64,000 nucleotides of DNA, from positions 11,723 to 75,722 of the forward strand of contig CAWDOY010000019.1 of the NCBI GenBank assembly GCA_963803975.1, in the 5' to 3' direction. Below the pieces are notes generated by a model. It was not told the origin of the DNA, ran no database searches, and saw only the letters and a list, made by a program, of their open reading frames with translations. This DNA is from an uncultured delta proteobacterium (lineage in GTDB: Bacteria; Desulfobacterota; WTBG01; CAIYCZ01). The translations under genes were made by a program, and so were the position numbers. Below, piece after piece: positions 20,425-30,580 of this stretch (positions are counted from its first letter, which is position 1; each line of letters begins with the position of its first letter).

Positions 20425-21999
20425 GTGGGTATCATGCGCTTAAAACCATTATATGTATATATGCTGCTTCTGACAGGAACAATGCTTTTTTGCAGCAGAC
20501 TCAGTGCGGCTGAAACCGGCAAACAGGCAATAAATCCTCACTGGACCGGGAAGTACTGTGAGGAATGCCATACCAGTAAGAATCCCCAGCAGAAAAATGC
20601 GTTGCTTCAATTTGCCGGCGATCCCATTAAACTGTGCGACAGGTGCCATTCCCGGGCCTGTGTTACCGTACAGAGCCACTCCATTGAGGTGCAGGTAAGC
20701 AAAGACATGGAGCGCAGGTTTCCCTCCGGATGGCCGCTTAACAAAGGGAACGTGAGCTGTCTTACCTGCCACGATGCGCTGCTGCAGATGCATGATGATT
20801 TCTCTGTGCAATGGATGAACCCGAACTTTCTGCGCGGGGCACCGTACAAAAAAAAGACAGATTTTTGTTTTATCTGTCATCCGAAGGAACAGTTCCAGAA
20901 AACCAATCCCCACAAGCTGCTCGACGGCCAGGGAAAAATTATTCCGCAAAACTGTCTTGTCTGTCACAATACCGTGCCTGACCCGTCACGGCAAAGAGGC
21001 GCCGGCTCCGTCATGCTCAAGGAGCCGATCGCGTCGGTGTGCATCGGCTGCCATCCGGCGCACTTTGCAAGTCACGGGGCTGATAAAGGACAGCTGCAGG
21101 TATCAGCGGATATGCGCAGGGCGCTGGACAGAAGGGAGCGGGCTCAGCATGTTGATCTGCCTCTTTTAAATGACCGCATCATGTGCGGCACCTGTCACAA
21201 TCCCCATGAAAAGGGCGTGATGCAGACGGCTGCGGTGCAGAGCGGGGCAGGAGAGAAATATTTTCTGCGGATGAATGGCGGATATGAGCTGTGCGTGGCG
21301 TGTCATGATGAAAAGCAGGTGAAAGACCGGAGGCGCCAGGCGCAGCAGGCGCTGCAGGAAAATTTTAAGTCGACGCCGGATGTCCTGCTGTCACATAAAC
21401 CGTTTGCAGAAAACAAGTGCAAGGCCTGTCACGAAGTGACATTGCAGCACCGGGAGAAGCCGGAAGCAGTCTATCTGTGCTTCAGGCAGGGCTGTCACAA
21501 GCCGGAGATGCTCAAAAAGCCATACCTGCATTATAAGCCGGTTGTTGGAAACTGCTATGCCTGTCATGAATCGCATGCCTCAGGCTATGGCAAGCTCCTC
21601 AGAGTGGACGAAGAAACGCAGTGCTACTCATGCCATCCGCTGTTTAATGATAAGAAGAGCAGGGATGTGCCTGACATTGACAAGAAGAGAAGCAATAAAG
21701 AGCACCGGGAATTTGCAGCATACCTGAAGACCAGTTCAGTGCCTGAGGGCAATGACTGCGGTTTCTGCCACAACATGAAGCACCGCACAAATATCGGCAC
21801 CATGGCGCCGGGAGCCTGCTCCAGCTGCCATCTCTATGTCAGGGGTATACTGCAGGGAAGTGCCTCCCGGCCGCTGAATGTGCACCAGACGTTTAAGGAG
21901 AAGCTCTGCTCGCAGTGCCACGATCCCCATGCGGGTACCTATAAATACCAGCTCAAGAAACCGCCTGAAACCTATCTTATAAATGAACTAGATTTGTAA
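20425..21999 (+). CDS. Periplasmic ~15-heme cytochrome c
   Basis: 14 CXXCH plus CFRQGCH, signal peptide and NPH motifs. Confidence 0.9.
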   Translation: MGIMRLKPLYVYMLLLTGTMLFCSRLSAAETGKQAINPHWTGKYCEECHTSKNPQQKNALLQFAGDPIKLCDRCHSRACVTVQSHSIEVQVSKDMERRFPSGWPLNKGNVSCLTCHDALLQMHDDFSVQWMNPNFLRGAPYKKKTDFCFICHPKEQFQKTNPHKLLDGQGKIIPQNCLVCHNTVPDPSRQRGAGSVMLKEPIASVCIGCHPAHFASHGADKGQLQVSADMRRALDRRERAQHVDLPLLNDRIMCGTCHNPHEKGVMQTAAVQSGAGEKYFLRMNGGYELCVACHDEKQVKDRRRQAQQALQENFKSTPDVLLSHKPFAENKCKACHEVTLQHREKPEAVYLCFRQGCHKPEMLKKPYLHYKPVVGNCYACHESHASGYGKLLRVDEETQCYSCHPLFNDKKSRDVPDIDKKRSNKEHREFAAYLKTSSVPEGNDCGFCHNMKHRTNIGTMAPGACSSCHLYVRGILQGSASRPLNVHQTFKEKLCSQCHDPHAGTYKYQLKKPPETYLINELDL

Positions 22000-22090
22000 T
22001 GTCGGGGAGTTAATCTGACCGATTATCTTCCAGGATTTGCTAAAAATGCACAGAGATATTCAACCGCGAAAAAACGAGCAGCCGATTTCT

Positions 22091-22853
22091 TTACTTTGAG
22101 ATAGCAGCCTTGGCTTCCTTTGCTCCAAGAGCCAACAACTTAGCTGAAGTAGTTTCATCATACGGGTAAATATACGAGGATTTTTTCAAATAGGGGAATG
22201 GGTTCTGGATATTTATTGTGTTTTCGTCCCAGGTTATCTGCAGTCCTGCAGGCTGCGAGCCCCTCAAGCTCACGGCGGTAACGGTTGCAAACACCGCATC
22301 ATCGCTCAACCCGACATCCATTAAAGCGTAAGGATGATACCGAGCATCTTTCTCCAGGTCTTTTCTCAGTCCGTAAGAGACCTTAATTCCGTCATGGTTT
22401 TGCCTTTCCATAATTTTGAGAAGGACCTGTAGTTTCTCACTATTGGCCAAAACATCATCGGATATAATGAATATACGTGACACCATAACCCCTCTTTCCA
22501 CCGTCCGCACATTATCACGATAAAGATATTCGAGGGTTGTATTCCATCCGAAGACATAATGGTTCAGAGCCTCGTATTTTGATTTGGTTGACTTCAGCAT
22601 CCGGATTAGTTCATGGATGGTCTCTTCTTCGTTGGTCGTGTTTAAATAATGTTTCAGCGAACCCGGAAAGGTCCTGTTCTATTGCGCTCAGTTTGTTGGC
22701 AGCGTAGGCGGGCAGAGTCGTTTTTTTGAGCTGCTCAATGCTGGCTGCCAAATTATTTTCTTCACCTATAGCGGGTGAGGCTGCTATGAAAAGCACACAG
22801 GGAAAAACTAAAGCGGCATAAAATATTTTTACATAGGTATCATAGATATTCAT
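22091..22853 (-). CDS. Hypothetical exported protein (frameshift at ~22612)
   Basis: ORF 22611-22853 has a signal peptide and a GGAGGA RBS, and continues in ORF 22091-22600. Confidence 0.6.
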
Positions 22854-23034
22854 TAATTGGTCCTCCTTTGCAGTGTTTTGTTTTCCCCAGAGGGATGCTT
22901 CTTTTTTGGATATGGTTTGCGGGATACGTTAAGCACATTAAGGGTTAAGGGCCGATAGACGCTCCAGTTACCCCGTTATTCAGCTGCTGCGTTAAATTAA
23001 AAAAGGGAAGGAGCAGATTACTGCACAAGAGGGA

Positions 23035-24273
23035 TTATTCCTCCTCCCAGAACGGCAGGAATTGGTTTAAAATATATATGCATACAAACGGCATACAAAA
23101 AAGGAGTATGCAAACAAGTACCCCTTCTCTGCCGTAAAACTCAGGGTTGTAGCTGGTAAAACCCCGCAGGCTCTTGGAAAAGAGCTGCCCGCCAATAACA
23201 ACATTCCAGCGCATGGAAAAAACCTGAATAAGCAGCAGAACTGCTGAGATTATACTGAAGCTGTTGCGCGTCTTATCCTTCAGCTTGGTGAGAGAAACGA
23301 GGCCCAGCAGCACAAAGGGAATAGTAGAGCAAATTATAAACTGCACCAGCACATAGCTGACCAGCAGCTTGTCGCTGATAAGGTTTGCAAGAGTCATCCA
23401 CGACTCTTCTCCTTCATAGGCCATACATAACAGTTCAAGCAGCTCCAGCACCACATCAATAATCAAAAATCCCCAAAGATAGCTTGCCATTGATTGTATG
23501 CATGCGCCATCAAGCGGCCGGCCCTTCCTCCACATCTCAAATGCATACATCACTATAAGCATGGCAACACCGGAAACAATGGCAGAAAGAAGGAAAATAA
23601 TCGGCATCAGGGGCGTTGACCACCACGGGTTGGACTTGAGCGAGCCGAACAGAAATCCAACATATCCATGCAGCACGCATGCTGAAGGAACTCCGATTGC
23701 TGCGAGCACGGTTATTATTTTATGATCCATGTGCAGCGATGCTTCAGAAACATCGTAGACACCGAGTGACAGCACTGAATACAGTGCCCGTTTCCATGCA
23801 GGCACCGGTCTAACGGTTTGTAAAATATCCGGTCTGAATCTGGCATCGTGATTTCCCTCCTTTACAATATGATGCCGCGGTCCCGCACCTTTCTGCGCCA
23901 TGCGTACAAAATACGGCCGGAACATGAACCATAGCTCGAGCATAACTATAATCATGTAGAAGGTATAAATATAGCCGAAGCCTGACATGGCGGAGGTGAA
24001 TTTGGGAGTGAACATTATGTTAAACGCCCGTTCCGGATGACCCAGATGAAACAGCAGCGGCGTACAGGCAAAAATGAGAAAGCAGAAGGCGGCAATCAGG
24101 GCAAAGCGCGCTACCGGTTTGAGCTCGTGCTTGCCAAACACATGATACAGTGAGGAAACAATAAAAGCACCTGCAACCAGCCCCGTAATATAGGGGTACA
24201 GAACAATCATCAGGCTCCAGTGAACCTCGATTTCATTGGGAAACAAAAATCCCTGTGTTATAACTTCATGCAT
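23035..24273 (-). CDS. NrfD/PsrC-family integral membrane quinol-oxidising subunit
   Basis: W..MIVLYPYITGLVAGAF, HLGHPERAFN....P...SAM, LHGYVGF.FG, W.TPLMP..FLLSAIVSG, RWNVVIGGQ. Confidence 0.93.
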   Translation of the reverse strand: MHEVITQGFLFPNEIEVHWSLMIVLYPYITGLVAGAFIVSSLYHVFGKHELKPVARFALIAAFCFLIFACTPLLFHLGHPERAFNIMFTPKFTSAMSGFGYIYTFYMIIVMLELWFMFRPYFVRMAQKGAGPRHHIVKEGNHDARFRPDILQTVRPVPAWKRALYSVLSLGVYDVSEASLHMDHKIITVLAAIGVPSACVLHGYVGFLFGSLKSNPWWSTPLMPIIFLLSAIVSGVAMLIVMYAFEMWRKGRPLDGACIQSMASYLWGFLIIDVVLELLELLCMAYEGEESWMTLANLISDKLLVSYVLVQFIICSTIPFVLLGLVSLTKLKDKTRNSFSIISAVLLLIQVFSMRWNVVIGGQLFSKSLRGFTSYNPEFYGREGVLVCILLFCMPFVCIYILNQFLPFWEEE

Positions 24274-25028
24274 TATCGCACCTCTTCAGCCAGCCCAACA
24301 TACGATGTCCTGGGTTCGTTGCCAAGATCCGGTTTCAGCACATTGACGCGCTCTTTGGTGAAGATCTTAATCAAGGGGCTATCCGGGTCGTTTAAATTGC
24401 CAAACAAACGTGCTTTAGCAGGGCAGACAAGAACACATGCAGGGGTGAGCCCCCTTTTTACCCGGTGATAACACCAGGTGCATTTATCAGCAGTTTTTTT
24501 AACCGGGTTTATAAATCTGGCGCCGTACGGACACGCCTGCACACAATAGCTGCAGCCGACACAATGCTGTTCATCAACCAGCACCACGCCTTCAGGGGAT
24601 ACATAGGTTGCACCGACCGGGCATACCTGCACGCAGTTGGGGCGTGCGCAATGATTGCAGAGCTTGGGAACAAAATAAGCTTTTTTGATGATGCCGGGCA
24701 CATCTCGTGGTGGAAAGCCATTGCATCCGCCGTCTGGAGAGTCCACATGCACCGCACCATCGGCAGTGACCAGGTAGCGTTCCACCCAGGTGCGGAAACA
24801 ACTATCAGGAACATGATTTTCAATCTTGCACGCTTCAACGCACTTGCCGCAGCCGATACATTTAAACGTATTTACCACAAAACCATATACCGGTGTCGAT
24901 GAACCGAGCGGGGGCAACTGACTGGCCTTAGCAATCCCCGGGGAAAACTGTCCGATAGAGATGAACACCCCGCCACCAAGAAGAGTGCATCCAACCTGTT
25001 TCAGAAATTGCCTGCGATCAATGTCCAC
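24273..25028 (-). CDS. Tat-exported 4Fe-4S dicluster protein (NrfC/PsrB family)
   Basis: DRRQFLK Tat motif; CIGCGKCVEAC, CNHCARPNCVQVCP, CVGCSYCVQACP, KCTWC...PACVLVCP. Confidence 0.95.
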   Translation of the reverse strand: MDIDRRQFLKQVGCTLLGGGVFISIGQFSPGIAKASQLPPLGSSTPVYGFVVNTFKCIGCGKCVEACKIENHVPDSCFRTWVERYLVTADGAVHVDSPDGGCNGFPPRDVPGIIKKAYFVPKLCNHCARPNCVQVCPVGATYVSPEGVVLVDEQHCVGCSYCVQACPYGARFINPVKKTADKCTWCYHRVKRGLTPACVLVCPAKARLFGNLNDPDSPLIKIFTKERVNVLKPDLGNEPRTSYVGLAEEVR

Positions 25029-25031
25029 GTA

Positions 25032-25631
25032 TTAGCCTCTGGTTATTTTTAAAATATGTGGGATGGTAACTTTAGGGTTTCCCGGAGCATGGGGGTTATG
25101 ACAGTCAATGCAGAGCGGATAATATCGGGTAAATTCTGACAGTTCTTTCATGTTACTAATAAATTCATTTAACCTGGATAAGTCTTCGGGATTGGAAAAC
25201 CCGTGTTTTAAAGACCATTTGATATGAAGATTAAAATCTTGTATCTGGGGAATGTTATCAGGGCGTGACTCCTGGTATTGATGGCATCTGAGGCATAATT
25301 GCAATGATAAATCTTTAGGGACTCTTATTTTAGTGTCTTCACTGTGTGCTTGCAGGAAACCATGGCAGGTTTCACATGCAATATCAGCATGACCCCCGCG
25401 TATCATTACATACTTCCTCATCTCGTGGCAATCCGCACACTTTTCAGTACCCTGGTAGACTACCGGTATGCTTTCCTGCTCTTTCAGTGCATCAGCCCGG
25501 TAATACATGTATTTATAATCACCATGAAGCCCAAAGGACGGTGGGATAAGAAAGCTTCGCACTGCGATGAAGCCGGCCATCGCAAGCACTATAAGGATAC
25601 ATAAGCGCAATATATATCTATAGCGACCCAT
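25032..25631 (-). CDS. Membrane-anchored tetraheme cytochrome c
   Basis: N-terminal TM helix, P.SFG..G, CADCH, CETCH, CLRCH, CIDCHNPH. Confidence 0.88.
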   Translation of the reverse strand: MGRYRYILRLCILIVLAMAGFIAVRSFLIPPSFGLHGDYKYMYYRADALKEQESIPVVYQGTEKCADCHEMRKYVMIRGGHADIACETCHGFLQAHSEDTKIRVPKDLSLQLCLRCHQYQESRPDNIPQIQDFNLHIKWSLKHGFSNPEDLSRLNEFISNMKELSEFTRYYPLCIDCHNPHAPGNPKVTIPHILKITRG

Positions 25632-25887
25632 CTTTTCTTTTTACTGCTGTGTTTTAAAGGAGAAATGCTTGTTGCTGGTGAGGTATGTCAGCAGACTGCA
25701 CTATACAGCAGCTGCCTTAAATACGTATACTAATCGAGGCTGTAGAGAAATGAAGGTGACTATTCAGTCCAGGAACATAACAGTATGAGGTTCTGGATGG
25801 CGGTTTCGACACCGTGTTTTTATTAATGAATAACGTATAGCATCAGACAGGTACTTTGTGAAGGGGAAAACTGATTTATTTATTGTG

Positions 25888-26565
25888 TTACTCCGGCAGA
25901 CTTTCATCACGCACGCTGCCCACCTCACGGAGCGCGTTGTCAAGCTCCTCGTTGTCAAGAATCTTTTCAAGCGCCAGGGACAGGGCGTTGTTTATCTGCT
26001 CCTGCATGCCTTCCTGGGTGCAGCGGAAATGCTTGAGCGCAGAGGTGCTCTCAAGCGTGGTCGTATGCAATATCTTGCCCCGCTGGCTGTCGGCAAATAC
26101 CAGCCGCAGTTTTACTTTTGCCGCGTAGTTAGTGGCGGGCTGATCAGCATTGCAGGTGACTTCAAGTTCCTCAACACGGCCGCCGATAACCAGTGCTCCC
26201 CAGGATTTGCTGATACTGTTTTCCTGCAAGTCCCACGCAGGTATTTCACCCGTGACCGGGTAACCAGCCCGGATTAAAAAATCCCGTAACGTCCCCGCAA
26301 CAGCCGCGGACGGTTCTTCCTGAGCGCACCGGGCTACAATATCCCTGCCGTTGCCCGCAACTCTTTCTCCGATGACTGCTTTATTGTCAGTGGTGCGGGC
26401 ATCAGTGAACATGGTTACGGTTATAGAATATTTCTGCAGCTGGCTTCCGGCTTGCGGGACATGTTTTTGCGGCACATACCGGATGTCAATGATATATTCA
26501 GAAACCCGCGCGCAGGACGATATGACAGCGATCGTCAATAGGCAGCAGAACATATTAATTCGCAT
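25888..26565 (-). CDS. Putative lipoprotein (YajG-like)
   Basis: Start MRINMFCCLLTIAVISSC (lipobox-like) after GGGAG; F.DAR motif. Confidence 0.6.
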   Translation of the reverse strand: MRINMFCCLLTIAVISSCARVSEYIIDIRYVPQKHVPQAGSQLQKYSITVTMFTDARTTDNKAVIGERVAGNGRDIVARCAQEEPSAAVAGTLRDFLIRAGYPVTGEIPAWDLQENSISKSWGALVIGGRVEELEVTCNADQPATNYAAKVKLRLVFADSQRGKILHTTTLESTSALKHFRCTQEGMQEQINNALSLALEKILDNEELDNALREVGSVRDESLPE

Positions 26566-26805
26566 ACGGTTTCTCCCTGACAACTGAAACAAGGTGCAGC
26601 GCAACAGCTGCACCGGGTAAACGGTAACGAGGCAATGATTATTTTGCCTGAGCGTGTTTCCATTATTGACAAAATTACGCTCACAGCAGTAAGTTTGCAC
26701 TATTATTACATAGATGCGGTTAAGAAGTAAATACCAGACAACCTGTCGAAACAGTATGTTGCATAACCGTGAGGTTCACTGTTCGAAAAAAGAGGGAGGA
26801 ATGCC

Positions 26806-27105
26806 ATGGAAAATATTACAGCGTGTTACATCAGCCGGGTCGAGAAGAACGTGGTGTGGGCAAAGTTAAAAGAAATAATCATCATTATTGCCATCAAGCA
26901 GGCAGAGGAGAAAGTGTTTAAGCTGAATAAAACCGCCTCCTACCTCTGGGAGCACTGTGACGGAAAGAAAACGGCAGCAGAACTTATTAAGAAGTTATGC
27001 GCGGAATTTGACGTTGATGAAGCTACGGCGCTTAAAGATGCCCTCGAATTCATAGAAAAAATGCAGAATAAGCAGCTTCTTTCTCTTTCAACAGTTCCGG
27101 AATGA
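26806..27105 (+). CDS. Stand-alone PqqD-family protein (RiPP recognition element)
   Basis: LNKTASYLWEHCDGKKT..ELI..L..EFDV......D..EF...M....LL; RBS GGAGG. Confidence 0.9.
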   Translation: MENITACYISRVEKNVVWAKLKEIIIIIAIKQAEEKVFKLNKTASYLWEHCDGKKTAAELIKKLCAEFDVDEATALKDALEFIEKMQNKQLLSLSTVPE

Positions 27106-27313
27106 ATCACAGAAAATAGCGACCGCGCAGGAATCTTGGCACTACTGGGGAGTATGAGCGTAGATTTGAAAGACCCGGAGGGCGCCATTATGGCGCTTCA
27201 ATATATCGAAAGTATTGATTCTAATCATAGTGCACTAACTTTCTTGCGGAATGCATTATCTACCCTTGGTGAAGATTAAACGCTGAACATTAATAATCAA
27301 AAGCTCATCTTCG

Positions 27314-30300
27314 ATGTGTGGTTTTAATTTATATACCAGCAACCGTCTTGAAATTCTTGCCGACAAACTCGCTGAGGTTGTCTGCAAAGCCCCTCTCATC
27401 ACCCCTGACCCCTGAAATAATAATCGTCCAGAGCTTCGGCATGCAGCAGTGGATATCACTTGAGCTTGCAAAGCGCTTCGGTATTTGGACTAACTGCCGC
27501 TATCCATTCCCCAATGCGTACCTGCAGGAAATATTCGATCTGCTCATCCCTGATAGGCCTGATGCATCTATATTTGACCGGGACGTGATGACCTGGCGGA
27601 TTATGCAACTGCTGCCGCAGTGTATTGACAGTCCCGGCTTTGAACCCCTCAAAACCTATCTTGAAGATGATGCCGGGTATTTCAGAACCTGGCAGCTTTC
27701 ACGACAGATTGCCAACCTGTTTGATCAGTATTGTATTTACCGGCCGAAAATGATTCTCAGGTGGGAGGCGGGAAACGGCAGCGGCTGGCAGTCAGAGCTG
27801 TGGCGACTGTTGACCCGGAGTCAGCCGTCAGGCGCATAAAGCAGCCGTCCGGAGGGATTTTTTAGAGCGCTCCAGGATTCCCGGCACGAGTGCATCGCAA
27901 AGATTCCTCAGCGCATAGCGGTATTCGGCATTTCTACGCTCCCGCCGTTTCATCTCGAAGTGTTTGCGGCGCTTGCAGAGCACTGCGAGGTGAATTTATT
28001 TTTAATGAATCCATCGCAGGAATACTGGGCGGAAATTAAATCAGAGTATGAAATAACCAGGGCGCTGCGCAAAGAGGGACGCCCGTATCCAGCCGCAGAT
28101 GATCTCCATCTGGAAACGGGAAACAGTTTACTTGCCTCAATGGGTAAGCTGGGGCGGGATTTTCTCGGCATAATTCTCGATTACAATCCTGAGATATATA
28201 CCTTCTTTGAGGAGCCGACAGGAAACTCGCTGCTGCATGCAATCCAGTCTGATATTCTGAACATGGTTGACCGGGGAGCTGTGCATGAAGAGCGCGCTCA
28301 GCAGCTGCAACGCACTGAAGAAGAGATGCGCGCAGACAATTCTGTCAGCATCCACTCCTGTCACAGTCCCATGCGTGAAGTTGAAGTGCTCTATGACTTT
28401 CTGCTTGATGTGTTCAATCAGGATCCCGCCCTGCAACCCCGCGATATTCTGGTGATGACACCGGATATTGAGACGTATGCGCCGTTTGTCCGTGCAGTTT
28501 TTGATGCCCCGGGTGAAGAAGCCCAGCGCATACCCTATGCAATAGCTGATCAGACAATACGCCGTCAAAGTACCCTGGTTAAAACCTATTGCGCCATTCT
28601 TGAGCTTGGAAAGAGCAGATTCAGCGTCTCCCGTGTGCTTGATATCCTTGCGTGTCCCGCTGTCCAGCGCTGCTTCAACATGACGCCCCCTGACCTGGAT
28701 CTAATCCATGGGTGGATCAGGGAAACGCGTGTCTGCTGGGGAAAGACGCCGCGCACCGCGGAACGCTGGGGCTTCCGGAAATCAAACACAATACCTGGCA
28801 GGCCGGCATTGAGCGGCTGCTGCTCGGCTATGCCATGCCGGGCAGGGAGGAGCGCCTGTTTTCCGGTATCCTCCCGTATGACAATATTGAAGGCAGCGAA
28901 GCGCAGGTGCTGGGAAATTTCCTGACGTTCCTTGATACACTGTTCAGCTTGACCATCTCAGGCGAAGCTTCCCTGACGCTTGGGCAGTGGCAGGAAAAAC
29001 TCCTGCTGCTCCTTGATGCATTGTTTGTCTCCGATGAAGATTCAGCGTACGACCTGCAAGCCCTGCGCACTATCATTGGGCGCCTTGGCATGCTTGAGAA
29101 ACAGGCCGGCTTTACTGAAATGATCGGCCTTGATGTGGTCACGTCATGGCTTGAGCATGCTTTGCAGGAGCAGTATACCGGCAGGAGTTTTTTGACCGGG
29201 CAGGTGACCTTTAGCGCCATGCTGCCGATGCGGAGCATTCCGTTCCGGGTGATTTGCATGATCGGCATGAATGACGCGGCTTTCCCGCGCAAAACTTCTG
29301 CAGTCAGCTTTGATCTGATCGCCCGGTATCCCCGGCGCGGTGACCGGTCTCTGCGCAGCGACGACCGGTACCTGTTTCTTGAAGCGATGATGTCAGCGCG
29401 GGAAAAGCTCTATATCAGTTATGTCGGACAGGGGATCCAGGATAACAGTGAGGTGCCGCCATCTGTTTTAGTGAGTGAACTTCTTGACTATATCGCACAG
29501 GGCTATGAGATACCGGGGAAAAAGATCAATGATTATCTGGTGATCAGACACCGCCTGCAGGCATTCAGTCCGCGCTATTTTGAACCGCAGGGAGCGCTAT
29601 ACAGCTATTCGCAGGAGAATTGTGATGCGAGCAGGGCCCTGCTTGAAGAACGCCGGGAGCCGTCTCTGTTTATAACGAATGAGCTTTCTGCTCCGGAAAC
29701 GGAAAATAAAATAATAACGGTTCAGGATCTAACCAGATTTTTTGATAATCCGGCAAAACATCTGCTCAATAGAGCCCTTGGACTCTATCTCGGGGAGAGA
29801 GACGCTGCGCTTGCAGAGCGCGAGCCTTTTGAACTGGCCGGCCTTGATAAATACCAGATCGAGCAGCGGCTCTGCGAGCGATATATCGCAGGTCAGGATG
29901 TGACATTGGTACACCGCGCAGCAGCTGCCGCGGGATTGCTTCCACTCGGCGCCCCGGGCGACGGTGCCATGCAGGCCTTAATGCCGCAGATCAAGAAATT
30001 TGCCGAAACAATTAAGACCATATATGCAGGGAGAGCAGTGCCCCCCGGTTGGCGTAATCTGCCGAGTGCAACGGGTATTCCATAATCGGAACGATTCAAG
30101 ATGTCTGGCCGGACAAGCTGCTGCGCTATCGCTGCGCAACCGTGAAGGCCAAAGACCGCCTCAGAATATGGCTGCAGCATCTTATTCTCAACGCGGGCGC
30201 GTCTGATGCTGTCCCCAGAAAAAGCATACTCATCGGTACTGATGGCGCCTGGGAAACTAGAGCCGCTGGGTGCCTATCGCCCGCCAGCTGCTTGAAAAGC

Positions 30301-30580
30301 TGGTGGCGATTGTATCATCAGGGGCTTCGCAGAGCGCTGCACTTTTTCCCGGAAAGTTCATTGGCCTATGCTGAGTCAATAGAGAAGGGAAAGACGCCGG
30401 ATGAAGCGTTACACACTGCCCGCACTACCTGGGAGGGCAATGACTTTGCCCCCGGCGAAGGCAGAGATCCTTATTATACCCTCTGTTTTAGCGGAACTGA
30501 TCCGTTCAACAAAGAGTTCGAAACACTGTCCCGGGAAATCTTTGAGCCTCTTATGCACATATCAGAAACAGGTTGCATGA
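27314..30580 (+). CDS. recC: Exodeoxyribonuclease V gamma subunit (several apparent frameshifts)
   Basis: Starts MCGFNLYTSNRLEILA; EIIIVQS.GM.QW, NPS.EYW, LLASMGKLGRDF, HSCHSPMREVEVL, LPMRSIPFRVIC..GMND, DDRYLFLEA..SAR..LYISY. Confidence 0.93.
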
